In this document: piece by piece, positions 40,713 through 49,347 of the stretch
How positions within the stretch are numbered: the first letter of the stretch is position 1
Layout: each line of letters begins with the position of its first letter
Assembly (NCBI GenBank): GCA_963665095.1
Contig: OY762069.1
Location: 6,592,001 to 6,656,000 of the forward strand
DNA: 64,000 nucleotides
Direction of reading: 5' to 3'
DNA from: an uncultured Desulfobacter sp.
Lineage (GTDB): Bacteria; Desulfobacterota; Desulfobacteria; Desulfobacterales; Desulfobacteraceae
Position numbers and translations under genes: made by a program
Notes under the pieces: model-generated
The model's database searches: none
What the model saw: only the letters and a program-made list of their open reading frames with translations
Told to the model about the DNA's origin: nothing

Positions 40713-41669
40713 ATGCTTGCAATTTTAGGATCGGCCTTTCTTTCCACGCTTAAATTCCTTGCCGCCATGGTCCCGGTGTTTGCCGCAGGCGTTATCGGTG
40801 CTGAGTTTATTGTGGCTTTAGGATGGGTGAACAAAATCGCCTGGATCACCCGGCCCCTTACCCGCTTAGGCCATCTAAAGCCCGAGTGCGGGGCAAGTTT
40901 CCTCACTGCCTTTCTCTCGCCTGCTGCCGGTAATGCCATGCTGGTCCAGCACTTTGACGCCGGCCTCATTGATAAACGGCAGCTTGTGATTGCTGCCATT
41001 GCCAATACATTTCCGGGCATTGTCATGCACTGGCGCAGCATGCTGCCCATGGCCATCCCGCTGATCGGGGTCTGGGCTGTGGTCTATTACCTGCTCCTTG
41101 TGCTGGTGGGGTTCATTAAAACCATCATCGCCCTTTTAATGGGCCGGCTTTTTCTTGACCAGCACCGGGCAGACAGGTCAAACGATTTTGGCACTATCAG
41201 TCCGGCCGCCGCGCCATCATGGACGCTCTTCATTTCAAGCGTAAAAAAGGGCAGGCAAACCATTTTTCGTGTTATAAAAACCTCGGTACCTGTGACTGCT
41301 GTCATGTTCTTGCTTATCCATGCCGGTGTTTTTGACCATGTCAGCCAGTGGCTGTCAGGGCTGACCTGGTTTGTCCCCTTGTCGCCCAAGGCACTGTCCA
41401 TTGTGGCCACGCGCCTTGCCAGCAATGTGGGCGCGTTTACTGTGGCCGGAAACCTGCTTTATGCAGGAAAGGTATCAGGCCCGGAGGTGGTGATGGCGTT
41501 GCTCGTGGGAAATCTTCTGGCCAGCGGCATCAACCTGCGCTATCTGATCCCCTATTATTTCGGGATATTTGGCTCCGGCACAGGACTTTGGGTGCTCGCG
41601 GTCTCCACAGGGCTGCGCGTGGTGATCATGGTGGGATTAATCTGGGTGCTGTTTCAGATTTGGGTGTAA
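40713..41669 (+). CDS. Nucleoside-recognition (Gate) domain membrane protein
   Basis: Hydrophobic protein with internal two-fold pattern, e.g. PLTRLGHLKPECGASFLTAFLSPAAG. Confidence 0.7.
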   Translation: MLAILGSAFLSTLKFLAAMVPVFAAGVIGAEFIVALGWVNKIAWITRPLTRLGHLKPECGASFLTAFLSPAAGNAMLVQHFDAGLIDKRQLVIAAIANTFPGIVMHWRSMLPMAIPLIGVWAVVYYLLLVLVGFIKTIIALLMGRLFLDQHRADRSNDFGTISPAAAPSWTLFISSVKKGRQTIFRVIKTSVPVTAVMFLLIHAGVFDHVSQWLSGLTWFVPLSPKALSIVATRLASNVGAFTVAGNLLYAGKVSGPEVVMALLVGNLLASGINLRYLIPYYFGIFGSGTGLWVLAVSTGLRVVIMVGLIWVLFQIWV

Positions 41670-41671
41670 AA

Positions 41672-41869
41672 TGCGAATAGTTAAGAACCCTGCAACCGAA
41701 CCGCTTACCTTATAATTCAAGCTTACCAGCCTCTTTAGCTTGCTCTCCCTGATGACGCTTAAGGAACATTCAATTGATTTGACCATATCATCCAAACCTT
41801 TGCCTTACCCGGGTTGAGGCTTCCAGGAGGGTCTCCGCCCCACAGCTTTTACCCCTTCCGCAGGTATGG
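41672..41869 (-). mobile_element. Probable IS110-family (IS492-like) left-end non-coding remnant
   Basis: Minus strand CCATACCTGCGGAAGGGG...GCTGTGGGGCGGAGACC...AAGCTTGAATTATAAGGTAAGCGGTTCGGTTGCAGGGTT resembles, from memory, IS110 left ends; no transposase follows. Confidence 0.5.
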
Positions 41870-41939
41870 AATTCGATATTTTATCAGTCGAAGCGTGTGG
41901 ATATATTAAATTTACAGTTGGGTTTTGGGGCCGGATCGC

Positions 41940-42821
41940 TTAAACCTGTTTCATGTAAAAGCGGATAAACTGATCAATCGCGGGATTAGGGTTATCCGTT
42001 GAACGGACCAGGCTGACGTTCAAATAACAATCGGTTTCAAAAAGATCCACGCATTTGACATTACCGGATATGTTGGAATCCGTAAGGTGGTGCGGAAGCA
42101 CCATCATGCCGGTATCCGGTTTCATTTTCAATGCTGCGGCTTCGATACTGTCTGCTTCGTCTATTTTTTGGGGTGCGTGAAGCCCTTGCTGACTGCACAC
42201 ATCACATAGATTTTTAAATAATGCCATTCCGAAATCCCCTTTAAGGACGATAAACTCCCGGGCTGCAATATCTGTAAGTGTCAGTCTGGCTTTGCTTGAT
42301 AACACATGTTTTTTATTCATCATAACGACAAAGGGTTCTTTAAACGCATCTTGAAAGGTCAGGTGGGGAAAATCAAGGGTATCCACCCTTGGAAAAACCG
42401 CCACATCAGCCTGCATGGATAACAACCCCATGATAATTTCATCCGGATAGGCCGGAAAATACTCAATTTGTATCTGACGGTTTGCCACTTCAAACTCGCT
42501 GACAATGTGACTTAAATACCGGTTGATACCGTAATAAGGAATCCCGATGGTCAGTTTTGCGATATCCCCCTTTAATACGGATTCACAAAGATTTTCATAA
42601 TCACGTATAATTTTTTTTATCCCGTCTAAAAACTGCACGCCGCTGCGGGTTAATGTTACCTTATGTGTATCCCTGCTGAACAGTTTGACGCCGATTTCAT
42701 CCTCAAGCGCTGCAATGTGACGGCTGAGTCCCGGCTGGGTTATATTCAGATGTTTGGCTGCCAGTGAATAATTCAGGCATTTTGATAAAATAATAAATTC
42801 TTTTAAATAGCTTATTCTCAT
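41940..42821 (-). CDS. LysR-family transcriptional regulator
   Basis: NYSLAAKHLNITQPGLSRHIAALEDEIGVKLFSR HTH; 293 aa; divergent from the methyltransferase operon. Confidence 0.95.
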   Translation of the reverse strand: MRISYLKEFIILSKCLNYSLAAKHLNITQPGLSRHIAALEDEIGVKLFSRDTHKVTLTRSGVQFLDGIKKIIRDYENLCESVLKGDIAKLTIGIPYYGINRYLSHIVSEFEVANRQIQIEYFPAYPDEIIMGLLSMQADVAVFPRVDTLDFPHLTFQDAFKEPFVVMMNKKHVLSSKARLTLTDIAAREFIVLKGDFGMALFKNLCDVCSQQGLHAPQKIDEADSIEAAALKMKPDTGMMVLPHHLTDSNISGNVKCVDLFETDCYLNVSLVRSTDNPNPAIDQFIRFYMKQV

Positions 42822-42960
42822 AATGACTAATCCGGACTCTGTTGCTCCTTATTTCCATGCCCCGCCATCTGAATGACGCATGCAGGGAGGATTTGGCGTT
42901 TTTTGCACTGAAATATACCCTATAAAAAGATAACATATCCAACATATTCAAAATTATATC

Positions 42961-42977
42961 TATACAAAAAATGCATA
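42961..42977. promoter_or_regulatory. Putative LysR recognition box
   Basis: TATAC-N7-GCATA (T-N11-A dyad) in the AT-rich divergent intergenic region. Confidence 0.45.
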
Positions 42978-43072
42978 GCCATGCAATTAATATTATTTCC
43001 ATTCACTGATGTTCCACATTAATAAATTATCAGTCGTTCAAATCTATTAGCTGATTATTAAGGGGGGAATGC

Positions 43073-43876
43073 ATGATCATCATTGGTGAAAAAATAAACG
43101 GTGCCATCCCGTCGGTGGCTGAAGCAATCTCAAAAAAAGACGCTGATTTTATAAGGAGCCTGGCTGTTACCCAGTCCGAGGCCGGGTCCTCTTTCATTGA
43201 CGTTTGTGCATCCGTGGACGTATCTGTTGAGCTTGAAACCATGAAGTGGCTGATTGACATTGTTCAGGATGTCACAGAAACCCCCATTGCAGTGGACAGC
43301 CCTGATGCAGGAATATGTGCAGATTGCCTTAAATTTTGTAATAAACCCGGGTTGGTGAATTCTGTCTCCATGGAAGGCGATAAAATTGATGTTGTCTTTT
43401 CGGTCATCGCAGACACGAAGTGGGAATGTGTCGCGTTGTTATGTGACGACACCGGAATTCCCAAAACAGCGGAAAAACGTCTGGATGTTTTTTTCAAGAT
43501 TATGGAACGGGCAAAAGAATTCAAGATTGACCCGTCCCGCCTTCATATTGATCCCCTGGTTGAAATGCTGTGTACCGCCGAGGATGGTATTAATGCCATC
43601 ATGGAGGTGATGCGTGACATTAAAAGACAGTATCCAACCATTCATGTAACCGGCGGTGCCTCCAACATTTCATTCAACCTGCCGGCCAGAAAATTTGTCA
43701 ATCAGGCATTTCTGCTGCTGGCCATGAGCGCCGGCATGGACAGTGCCATCATTAACCCCCTTCACAAGCACATGATGGGGCTCATTTATGCAACAGAAGC
43801 ACTTATGGGAAATGATGAATACTGCATGGATTATATTGAAGCCTACAGAGATGGTCTTTTCGGTCCGGTGAAATAA
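43073..43876 (+). CDS. Methyltetrahydrofolate:corrinoid methyltransferase (MT2, AcsE/pterin-binding family)
   Basis: IIIGEKING, PIAVDS, LVNSVS, IDPLV, GASNISFNLPAR, GMDSAI.NP. Confidence 0.92.
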   Translation: MIIIGEKINGAIPSVAEAISKKDADFIRSLAVTQSEAGSSFIDVCASVDVSVELETMKWLIDIVQDVTETPIAVDSPDAGICADCLKFCNKPGLVNSVSMEGDKIDVVFSVIADTKWECVALLCDDTGIPKTAEKRLDVFFKIMERAKEFKIDPSRLHIDPLVEMLCTAEDGINAIMEVMRDIKRQYPTIHVTGGASNISFNLPARKFVNQAFLLLAMSAGMDSAIINPLHKHMMGLIYATEALMGNDEYCMDYIEAYRDGLFGPVK

Positions 43877-43922
43877 CACCCACAGATCTATTAACTTATA
43901 ACTTTGATAAAGGATGAGAAAC

Positions 43923-44555
43923 ATGGCCAAAATTGATGAAGTCAAAGCAAATGTCGAAAAGGGAAAGCGTAAACTGGTTCCCGGTCTGGTTCAGGAAGCT
44001 GTTGATGAGGGAATTTCACCCCAGCAGATTCTTGACACAATGATTGATGCCATGGGCATTGTCGGGGATAAATTTTCTTCGGGCCAAATCTTTGTTCCGG
44101 AAATGCTGATGGCGGCAAAAGCCATGGGGGCCGGTGTGGAGATTATTAAACCGCTTATGGCAGGAGACGGAGCATCTTCCTTAGGAACCTGCATTATTGG
44201 TACGGTTCAGGGAGATCTTCACGACATTGGGAAAAACCTGGTCGCCATGATGATTGAAAGTGTCGGCTTCAACATGGTTGATCTTGGAGTGGATGCGGCC
44301 CCTGAAATGTTTATTCAGGCAGTTAAAGATAATGACAATGTCAGACTTGTTGCCTGCTCCGGATTATTGTCTACCACAATGCCGGCATTGAAAAAAACGG
44401 TTGAAGCGCTGAAATCCTGCGGGCTGGAAGGGTTTAAAGTCCTTGTGGGCGGGGCGCCTGTTACCCAGGATTTTGCTGATGAGATCGGTGCGGACGGATA
44501 TGCTTCGGATGCCGGTGGCGCCGCCACCAAAGCCAAAGAACTGGTTGCTGCCTGA
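43923..44555 (+). CDS. Methyltransferase cognate corrinoid protein
   Basis: FVPEML.AA.AM, GTVQGDLHDIGKNLV (DxHxxG), CSGLL, VGGAP. Confidence 0.95.
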   Translation: MAKIDEVKANVEKGKRKLVPGLVQEAVDEGISPQQILDTMIDAMGIVGDKFSSGQIFVPEMLMAAKAMGAGVEIIKPLMAGDGASSLGTCIIGTVQGDLHDIGKNLVAMMIESVGFNMVDLGVDAAPEMFIQAVKDNDNVRLVACSGLLSTTMPALKKTVEALKSCGLEGFKVLVGGAPVTQDFADEIGADGYASDAGGAATKAKELVAA

Positions 44556-44605
44556 ATCAAAAGGCAGGCGGAATGATTAATCAATTAATCAAGGAGACTT
44601 AAACC

Positions 44606-45586
44606 ATGCTAACACCCAGGCAGAATTTACTGGAAACAATCAAAGGGGGAAGCCCTGATAGATTTGTTAACCAATACGAATTCATGGAACTTCTTTTATT
44701 TATGCCGGGATTTAAATATGCCCTGGCACCCGGGGAGCGCGTTGTAAACGACTGGGGTGTCACGTTTGACTATCCGGAAGGCCAGATAGGCTGTTTTCCC
44801 ATGCATGATGACAAACATAAAGTCCTCAAGGATATCACCGAGTGGGAAACCCAGGCAAAGCCGGCCCCTCTGGATACGTCCGATGAAGCGTGGGCACCAG
44901 CCATTGAGATTGCCAACTCAGTGGACCGCAGCGAAAAATTTGTGGCAGCCTGTCAGATGCCCGGTATCTTTGAAATGACCCACCACATGATGGGGATGGA
45001 AGATGCGCTTATGGCTCTTTATGAAGAGCCGGAATGCATGCACGGGCTGATCAATAGAATTGCAGATTATGAACTGGAAAGAGCACAGCTGATTGTTGAC
45101 CGCATCAAACCCGATGCCCTGTTCCACCACGATGACATCGGCGGGCAGGCATCCACGTTCATCTCCCCGGATATGTTCAGAGAATTTTTCCTTGAACCGT
45201 ATAAAAGAATATACAAATTCTGGAAAGATAACGGTGTGGAACTGATCGTACATCACAGTGATTCCTATGGTGTCACCTATGTTCCCATGATGATTGAAAT
45301 GGGGATTGACATCTGGCAGGGCACAATGACTACAAACGACATCCCTGCACTGATTAAGCAATACGGAGGGCAGATCAGTTTCATGGGTGGCCTTAACAGC
45401 GCGGTCATTGATTTTGCCGAATGGACCCCTGAAATCTGTGCTGAGCACGTGGAAAAAATATGCCGTGACTGCGGCAAGCACTATTTCATTCCAAACCTGA
45501 CCCAGGGCTTGAATTTCAGCTCTTTTCCCGGAGTTTATGACCAGGTAAGCGCTGAAATTGATAAAATGAGTAAAATATTGTTTTAA
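44606..45586 (+). CDS. URO-D-fold substrate:corrinoid methyltransferase (MT1)
   Basis: MLTPRQNLLETIKGGSPDRFVNQYE, GMEDALM..YEEPE, HHDD.G, SPDMFREF, HHSDS, MIEMGIDIWQG. Confidence 0.85.
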   Translation: MLTPRQNLLETIKGGSPDRFVNQYEFMELLLFMPGFKYALAPGERVVNDWGVTFDYPEGQIGCFPMHDDKHKVLKDITEWETQAKPAPLDTSDEAWAPAIEIANSVDRSEKFVAACQMPGIFEMTHHMMGMEDALMALYEEPECMHGLINRIADYELERAQLIVDRIKPDALFHHDDIGGQASTFISPDMFREFFLEPYKRIYKFWKDNGVELIVHHSDSYGVTYVPMMIEMGIDIWQGTMTTNDIPALIKQYGGQISFMGGLNSAVIDFAEWTPEICAEHVEKICRDCGKHYFIPNLTQGLNFSSFPGVYDQVSAEIDKMSKILF

Positions 45587-45842
45587 AACCAACAGTCAAA
45601 CCCTGCGTTTAACTGTTTTTCTAAAACAGCCGCGACCGGGCCTGGCTTTTGGGTCCGGGCTTGGCTGCAGAACCGGTTGAAAGCCACCTGACATCTTTTA
45701 AGAAGCTTTCATAAATAGATTAGAAGAAGGGTAGTTATCTTTTAGCGACTCTCCGGGTAACTGCCTGTATTAATGTTTGTGCAGTATATTTATGAGTGCG
45801 CCGGGTAGTCTCTTTGGCTTTTTCCGTATTGAAAAACCGGTT

Positions 45843-45881
45843 TAAAAACTGATCCGCTTTTTTCGTCAAAGCGGATCAGTT
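45843..45881 (-). terminator. Intrinsic terminator (possibly bidirectional)
   Basis: AACTGATCCGCTTT / AAAGCGGATCAGTT 14-bp stem between convergent genes. Confidence 0.7.
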
Positions 45882-45919
45882 CCTTTGAAGAACCTACAGC
45901 CGATACTTAAAATTTTAGC

Positions 45920-46291
45920 CTAATCACATCGACTCCACTGCCCAACTTCCGTCAAAACATCGTCTTCAAAAGTCAGTGGATAGCAATAATGATTATTTCC
46001 TCTTTCACGAATGCGAATGGACCAACGGTCAATCCTTTTCTGGATTTTGATTATTTCCCCACCTTCTTTTTTATCAAGTTGTTTTTCTATTTCTTTGGTG
46101 TAGGTATCTTTATTGAGAATTTCCCCACATGAACGAAGTTTACCAACAACCGTTGTTTTTGAATCCCCGATTGATATAATGTCATTGCCGCAACGAACAC
46201 CAGCAAACGCGATTCCTCCATAACACAGAAAAGAAGCCAGCATGATGATCAATATTTTTTCAATGGCGGAAGAACGTGGATTATATTGCAT
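45920..46291 (-). CDS. DUF2845-like exported protein
   Basis: Signal peptide then RCGNDIISIGDS...V...CGE...W...LTFEDDVL. Confidence 0.75.
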   Translation of the reverse strand: MQYNPRSSAIEKILIIMLASFLCYGGIAFAGVRCGNDIISIGDSKTTVVGKLRSCGEILNKDTYTKEIEKQLDKKEGGEIIKIQKRIDRWSIRIRERGNNHYCYPLTFEDDVLTEVGQWSRCD

Positions 46292-46379
46292 AAAAAACTC
46301 CTTTAGAAATTAAGGACACCCATAAACAGTTATGGAAATTAAACATCTCTTACAAAAAAAGTCAACGACAGCTATATTT

Positions 46380-47138
46380 TCAGAACGCAGGTACGGGTAG
46401 CTTGCGGCTGATGTAGTAATTTTGAAAAATTCGTAAAATTTCACCGGATTCGATCATAGATTTTATGGTAAGTTCAAGCCCGGGAAGCCTCTCCCTGATT
46501 TTGGATGTCCTGGAAAGCCCGATGTAAACATTTTTTTTCTTTTTGAAACGAAATGCTGCCATCTCAACCTGGGAGGCGATTCCCATTTTGTGGGTCAGTT
46601 CAATACCATCCGCTTCAGAAGAGATCACCGTTTGAATCCTGCCTGCCAGCATTTTGCGGAAACTGGTTTCACCATCTGCGACCACTTCCTTAACAATGCG
46701 TGTATCCTGATCAAATTGAGGGAAATATTTTGCACCGCTGGTTAAGCCGGTCTTCAGTGAAAAGAGATCTTCATAACTGCCGATTAGACCTGCCTGACCC
46801 TTGGGGACAAAAAAGACGGTGTCGGACCGGGTTTTATAGGGCGGCTGGATGTAAAAAATATAGGCTTCCCTGTCCGGACTTTTAAGCAGGCCTGCCATCA
46901 CATCCAGATAGCCGTTCTTCATCATGATCAGGGCTCTTTTGAAGGGGACGCGGACCAGTTCAAGCCTGAGGTCCATCCGCCGGGCAATGGTCTGCAGAAT
47001 TTCGATATTGGGATTGTTCTGCGACGCACTGTTAGGCCGGCGCGACACCAGGACGCCCCTGGATTGGGCTTTCACTGGCCAAGTAGCAGTCAACGCGATT
47101 GCCAGGCACACTAAAAATATGTGACTTTTAGTTTTCAA
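46380..47138 (-). CDS. Stand-alone family 3 solute-binding protein
   Basis: Signal peptide; PFKRAL.MMKNG.LD, DRE.YI, GAKYFPQFD, KMLAGRI. Confidence 0.85.
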   Translation of the reverse strand: MKTKSHIFLVCLAIALTATWPVKAQSRGVLVSRRPNSASQNNPNIEILQTIARRMDLRLELVRVPFKRALIMMKNGYLDVMAGLLKSPDREAYIFYIQPPYKTRSDTVFFVPKGQAGLIGSYEDLFSLKTGLTSGAKYFPQFDQDTRIVKEVVADGETSFRKMLAGRIQTVISSEADGIELTHKMGIASQVEMAAFRFKKKKNVYIGLSRTSKIRERLPGLELTIKSMIESGEILRIFQNYYISRKLPVPAF

Positions 47139-47519
47139 TTCGTCTGATTCTTATGATGCTCCGGTGTCTTTAATGATACAACGCTTAAAACGCCTGTTTC
47201 TATACTTTTTCCAAATTTAAAAATCATATCTGATAAACACGGAAATGACAACGGATCCTTTTAAACGGGCTGGCCGCAATGTCCTTTTTTTCCCTGTACC
47301 ATTTTCAAGGTTCGTAGTTTCCATGAAAAGCCTGAAAAAGAAGCAAAAAAAATACCATACGTGCTATAAAGCAACGGTTCCGGAAATGGCTGTTCTCTGC
47401 CGGTTATGTTGCTCCGCAGTATATGAATGTTATACCGGCAATGCGCCCCCTGTTTTTCATATCCGGATGTGGCGGCCGGGGGGGAATGGATGATGCTTGT
47501 TGAATAAAGGATATCATAT

Positions 47520-48086
47520 ATGGATTGGGATTCGGTTAAAGACGATACCTATTACCAGGGACGAAAATTGGAATATGAAGCCCGACAGACAAATGATCCT
47601 GAGTTATGGATGGCATTTTCAGAGCTGAAGACCCGCAAGGGCAGTTATACACTGGCTGTACACGGGTATATGAATGCCGCAGGTCTGTATGAGGCCAGAA
47701 ACGAATTGGACAGAGCTGTCTGTGCCCTTGAAAACGGACTTGACGCGGCCATGCGGGCCGGTAACAGGGACCTGTCTGTGATTCTTACCTACCGGCTTGC
47801 ACAGATTTTTGAAAGCGGGAAAGACTGGGATGCCGGGATTGCTGCCTGTGAAAAACTCGGAGCGTTCTGTGCTGAAAAAGGCGCGCATTTTCAGGCGGCT
47901 GATGCATTTGAACATGCCGCTGAACTGATGTCCGCGGCCGGCAGAGATGTCAGCGACTATGCCAAGCCCATTGAACACTGGGAAAAAAACATAGACCACT
48001 GGAAACACCACGGCCATGACCATGATGCGGTGTGGAGTGAGGTTCATATCGGGCTTTATAAAAAGCTGTTTAAGGTGGACCTGTGA
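47520..48086 (+). CDS. All-helical TPR/SNAP-like hypothetical protein with His-rich C-terminus
   Basis: A..Y..AA.LYE and AADAFEHAAEL repeats; HWKHHGHDHD; GTGA overlap with the next gene. Confidence 0.7.
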   Translation: MDWDSVKDDTYYQGRKLEYEARQTNDPELWMAFSELKTRKGSYTLAVHGYMNAAGLYEARNELDRAVCALENGLDAAMRAGNRDLSVILTYRLAQIFESGKDWDAGIAACEKLGAFCAEKGAHFQAADAFEHAAELMSAAGRDVSDYAKPIEHWEKNIDHWKHHGHDHDAVWSEVHIGLYKKLFKVDL

Positions 48087-49159
48087 TCGGGCTGCTTTTC
48101 CACGGTCCTGAAGTGTTTGACTCCGGATGGGCGCAAAAGGTGATCAATGCGGTCAGGCCCCTTGATACGCTTTGCTGTGTCCTGGCCGGCACCATGGGCC
48201 GGACCGCTGTGTTTGACTGCGGCCTTGAAGATATTGAATTCTGGGATCAGATGCCCGGGGCCTGCCTCAATACCCTTGCCCGGGAGACGGACATGGTGCT
48301 GATTGTCAATTTGGGTAAATCAGTTGAATCCGGCCTGGTGTTTGGTGGCATGGTGGTTGAGCGTGCTGGAAAAGGGCCGGCCATGGGTGGGGTCCCCGTA
48401 ATCCAGGTGGAGTGCAGCGGGCCGTTTTTTGTGGAATGGGTCAAAGGGGCGTCTGCCGGCATTGGGGAAGCCTTGTCCGGGTTGGGACTGTCTCAGAAAG
48501 AACCCATAGAGATCACACCGTCTGTATGGAAGGAAAACAATACCGTATACCGCCGTATGTCCACGGCGGAGGCAGGAGATTTTGTGCTTGTGGACGGCAT
48601 CATGGTGGGCCGGGCCACGGGAGACGAGGTGGTGCTGGCATGTCGGAACGGGCATATCTGTGACGTCCGGGGTGTGGATGTCAAGGAACACGGTATTGAA
48701 AAACTGGACCGGCTGGGCGGGGTGGATCTCGAACGTGCCAAGCTTGCCTCCACCCCCACCATCCGGCGCAGCGGTTATTCCCCGCGCACCATTGAAAGCC
48801 ATGGGCTGGGCATGGTGTTTTTAGACCACGCCGGTATGCATGTGTATGAACTGGCCAATAATGCCCAGGGGGTTGTCACGGTGGGGGACGACACCACTGT
48901 GGTAGCCGCGGATATCCTGTCACGGTTTAATATCCCGGTTATCGGCATTGTGGACGGAGATGAGGATGTGGTGTTGAAAAACGGCTGCTTTGCGCCGGGG
49001 TCTGTGCGGCTGACCGTGCAAAAGGATGATGAATTCGGGCTGAAGGTGCTGGATGCTGTTTTTCAGGGAGAAACCCGCAAAGATATGGCATTTGAGGATG
49101 CGCTTGACAGGATTCTTACGCTGGCAGGCGATGATCTGGTGAAAAAAGAGAAATTTTAA
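48083..49159 (+). CDS. DUF2117 family protein
   Basis: HGPEVFDSG, GTMGRTAVFD, DHAG, TVGDDTT, DILSRF.IPVIGIVDGD.D. Confidence 0.8.
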   Translation: MIGLLFHGPEVFDSGWAQKVINAVRPLDTLCCVLAGTMGRTAVFDCGLEDIEFWDQMPGACLNTLARETDMVLIVNLGKSVESGLVFGGMVVERAGKGPAMGGVPVIQVECSGPFFVEWVKGASAGIGEALSGLGLSQKEPIEITPSVWKENNTVYRRMSTAEAGDFVLVDGIMVGRATGDEVVLACRNGHICDVRGVDVKEHGIEKLDRLGGVDLERAKLASTPTIRRSGYSPRTIESHGLGMVFLDHAGMHVYELANNAQGVVTVGDDTTVVAADILSRFNIPVIGIVDGDEDVVLKNGCFAPGSVRLTVQKDDEFGLKVLDAVFQGETRKDMAFEDALDRILTLAGDDLVKKEKF

Positions 49160-49347
49160 ATGCTGAAATGGCATTTTACGCATGTTTTTTGTCATTACTT
49201 ACCCTTTACCCGGGCGCAAATTTTTTATATTAAAATCACACACAACGGATCGAAAAGTTCTGGAATCGGGATGTTCCCGCAGCCGGCTGACAGCACCAAC
49301 TGAACAAATTCATTTGTGGTTTTAACTTTTTTTGAACTGGAACTGAT

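Noticed and set aside
43073..45586. Pyrrolysine-containing methylamine methyltransferase
   Set aside because: No in-frame TAG and no MttB/MtbB/MtmB-like sequence; MT1 has a URO-D fold
45590..45840. G.U-rich hairpins downstream of the methyltransferase operon as an sRNA
   Set aside because: Imperfect stems, no promoter evidence; cannot be distinguished from terminator or stability elements
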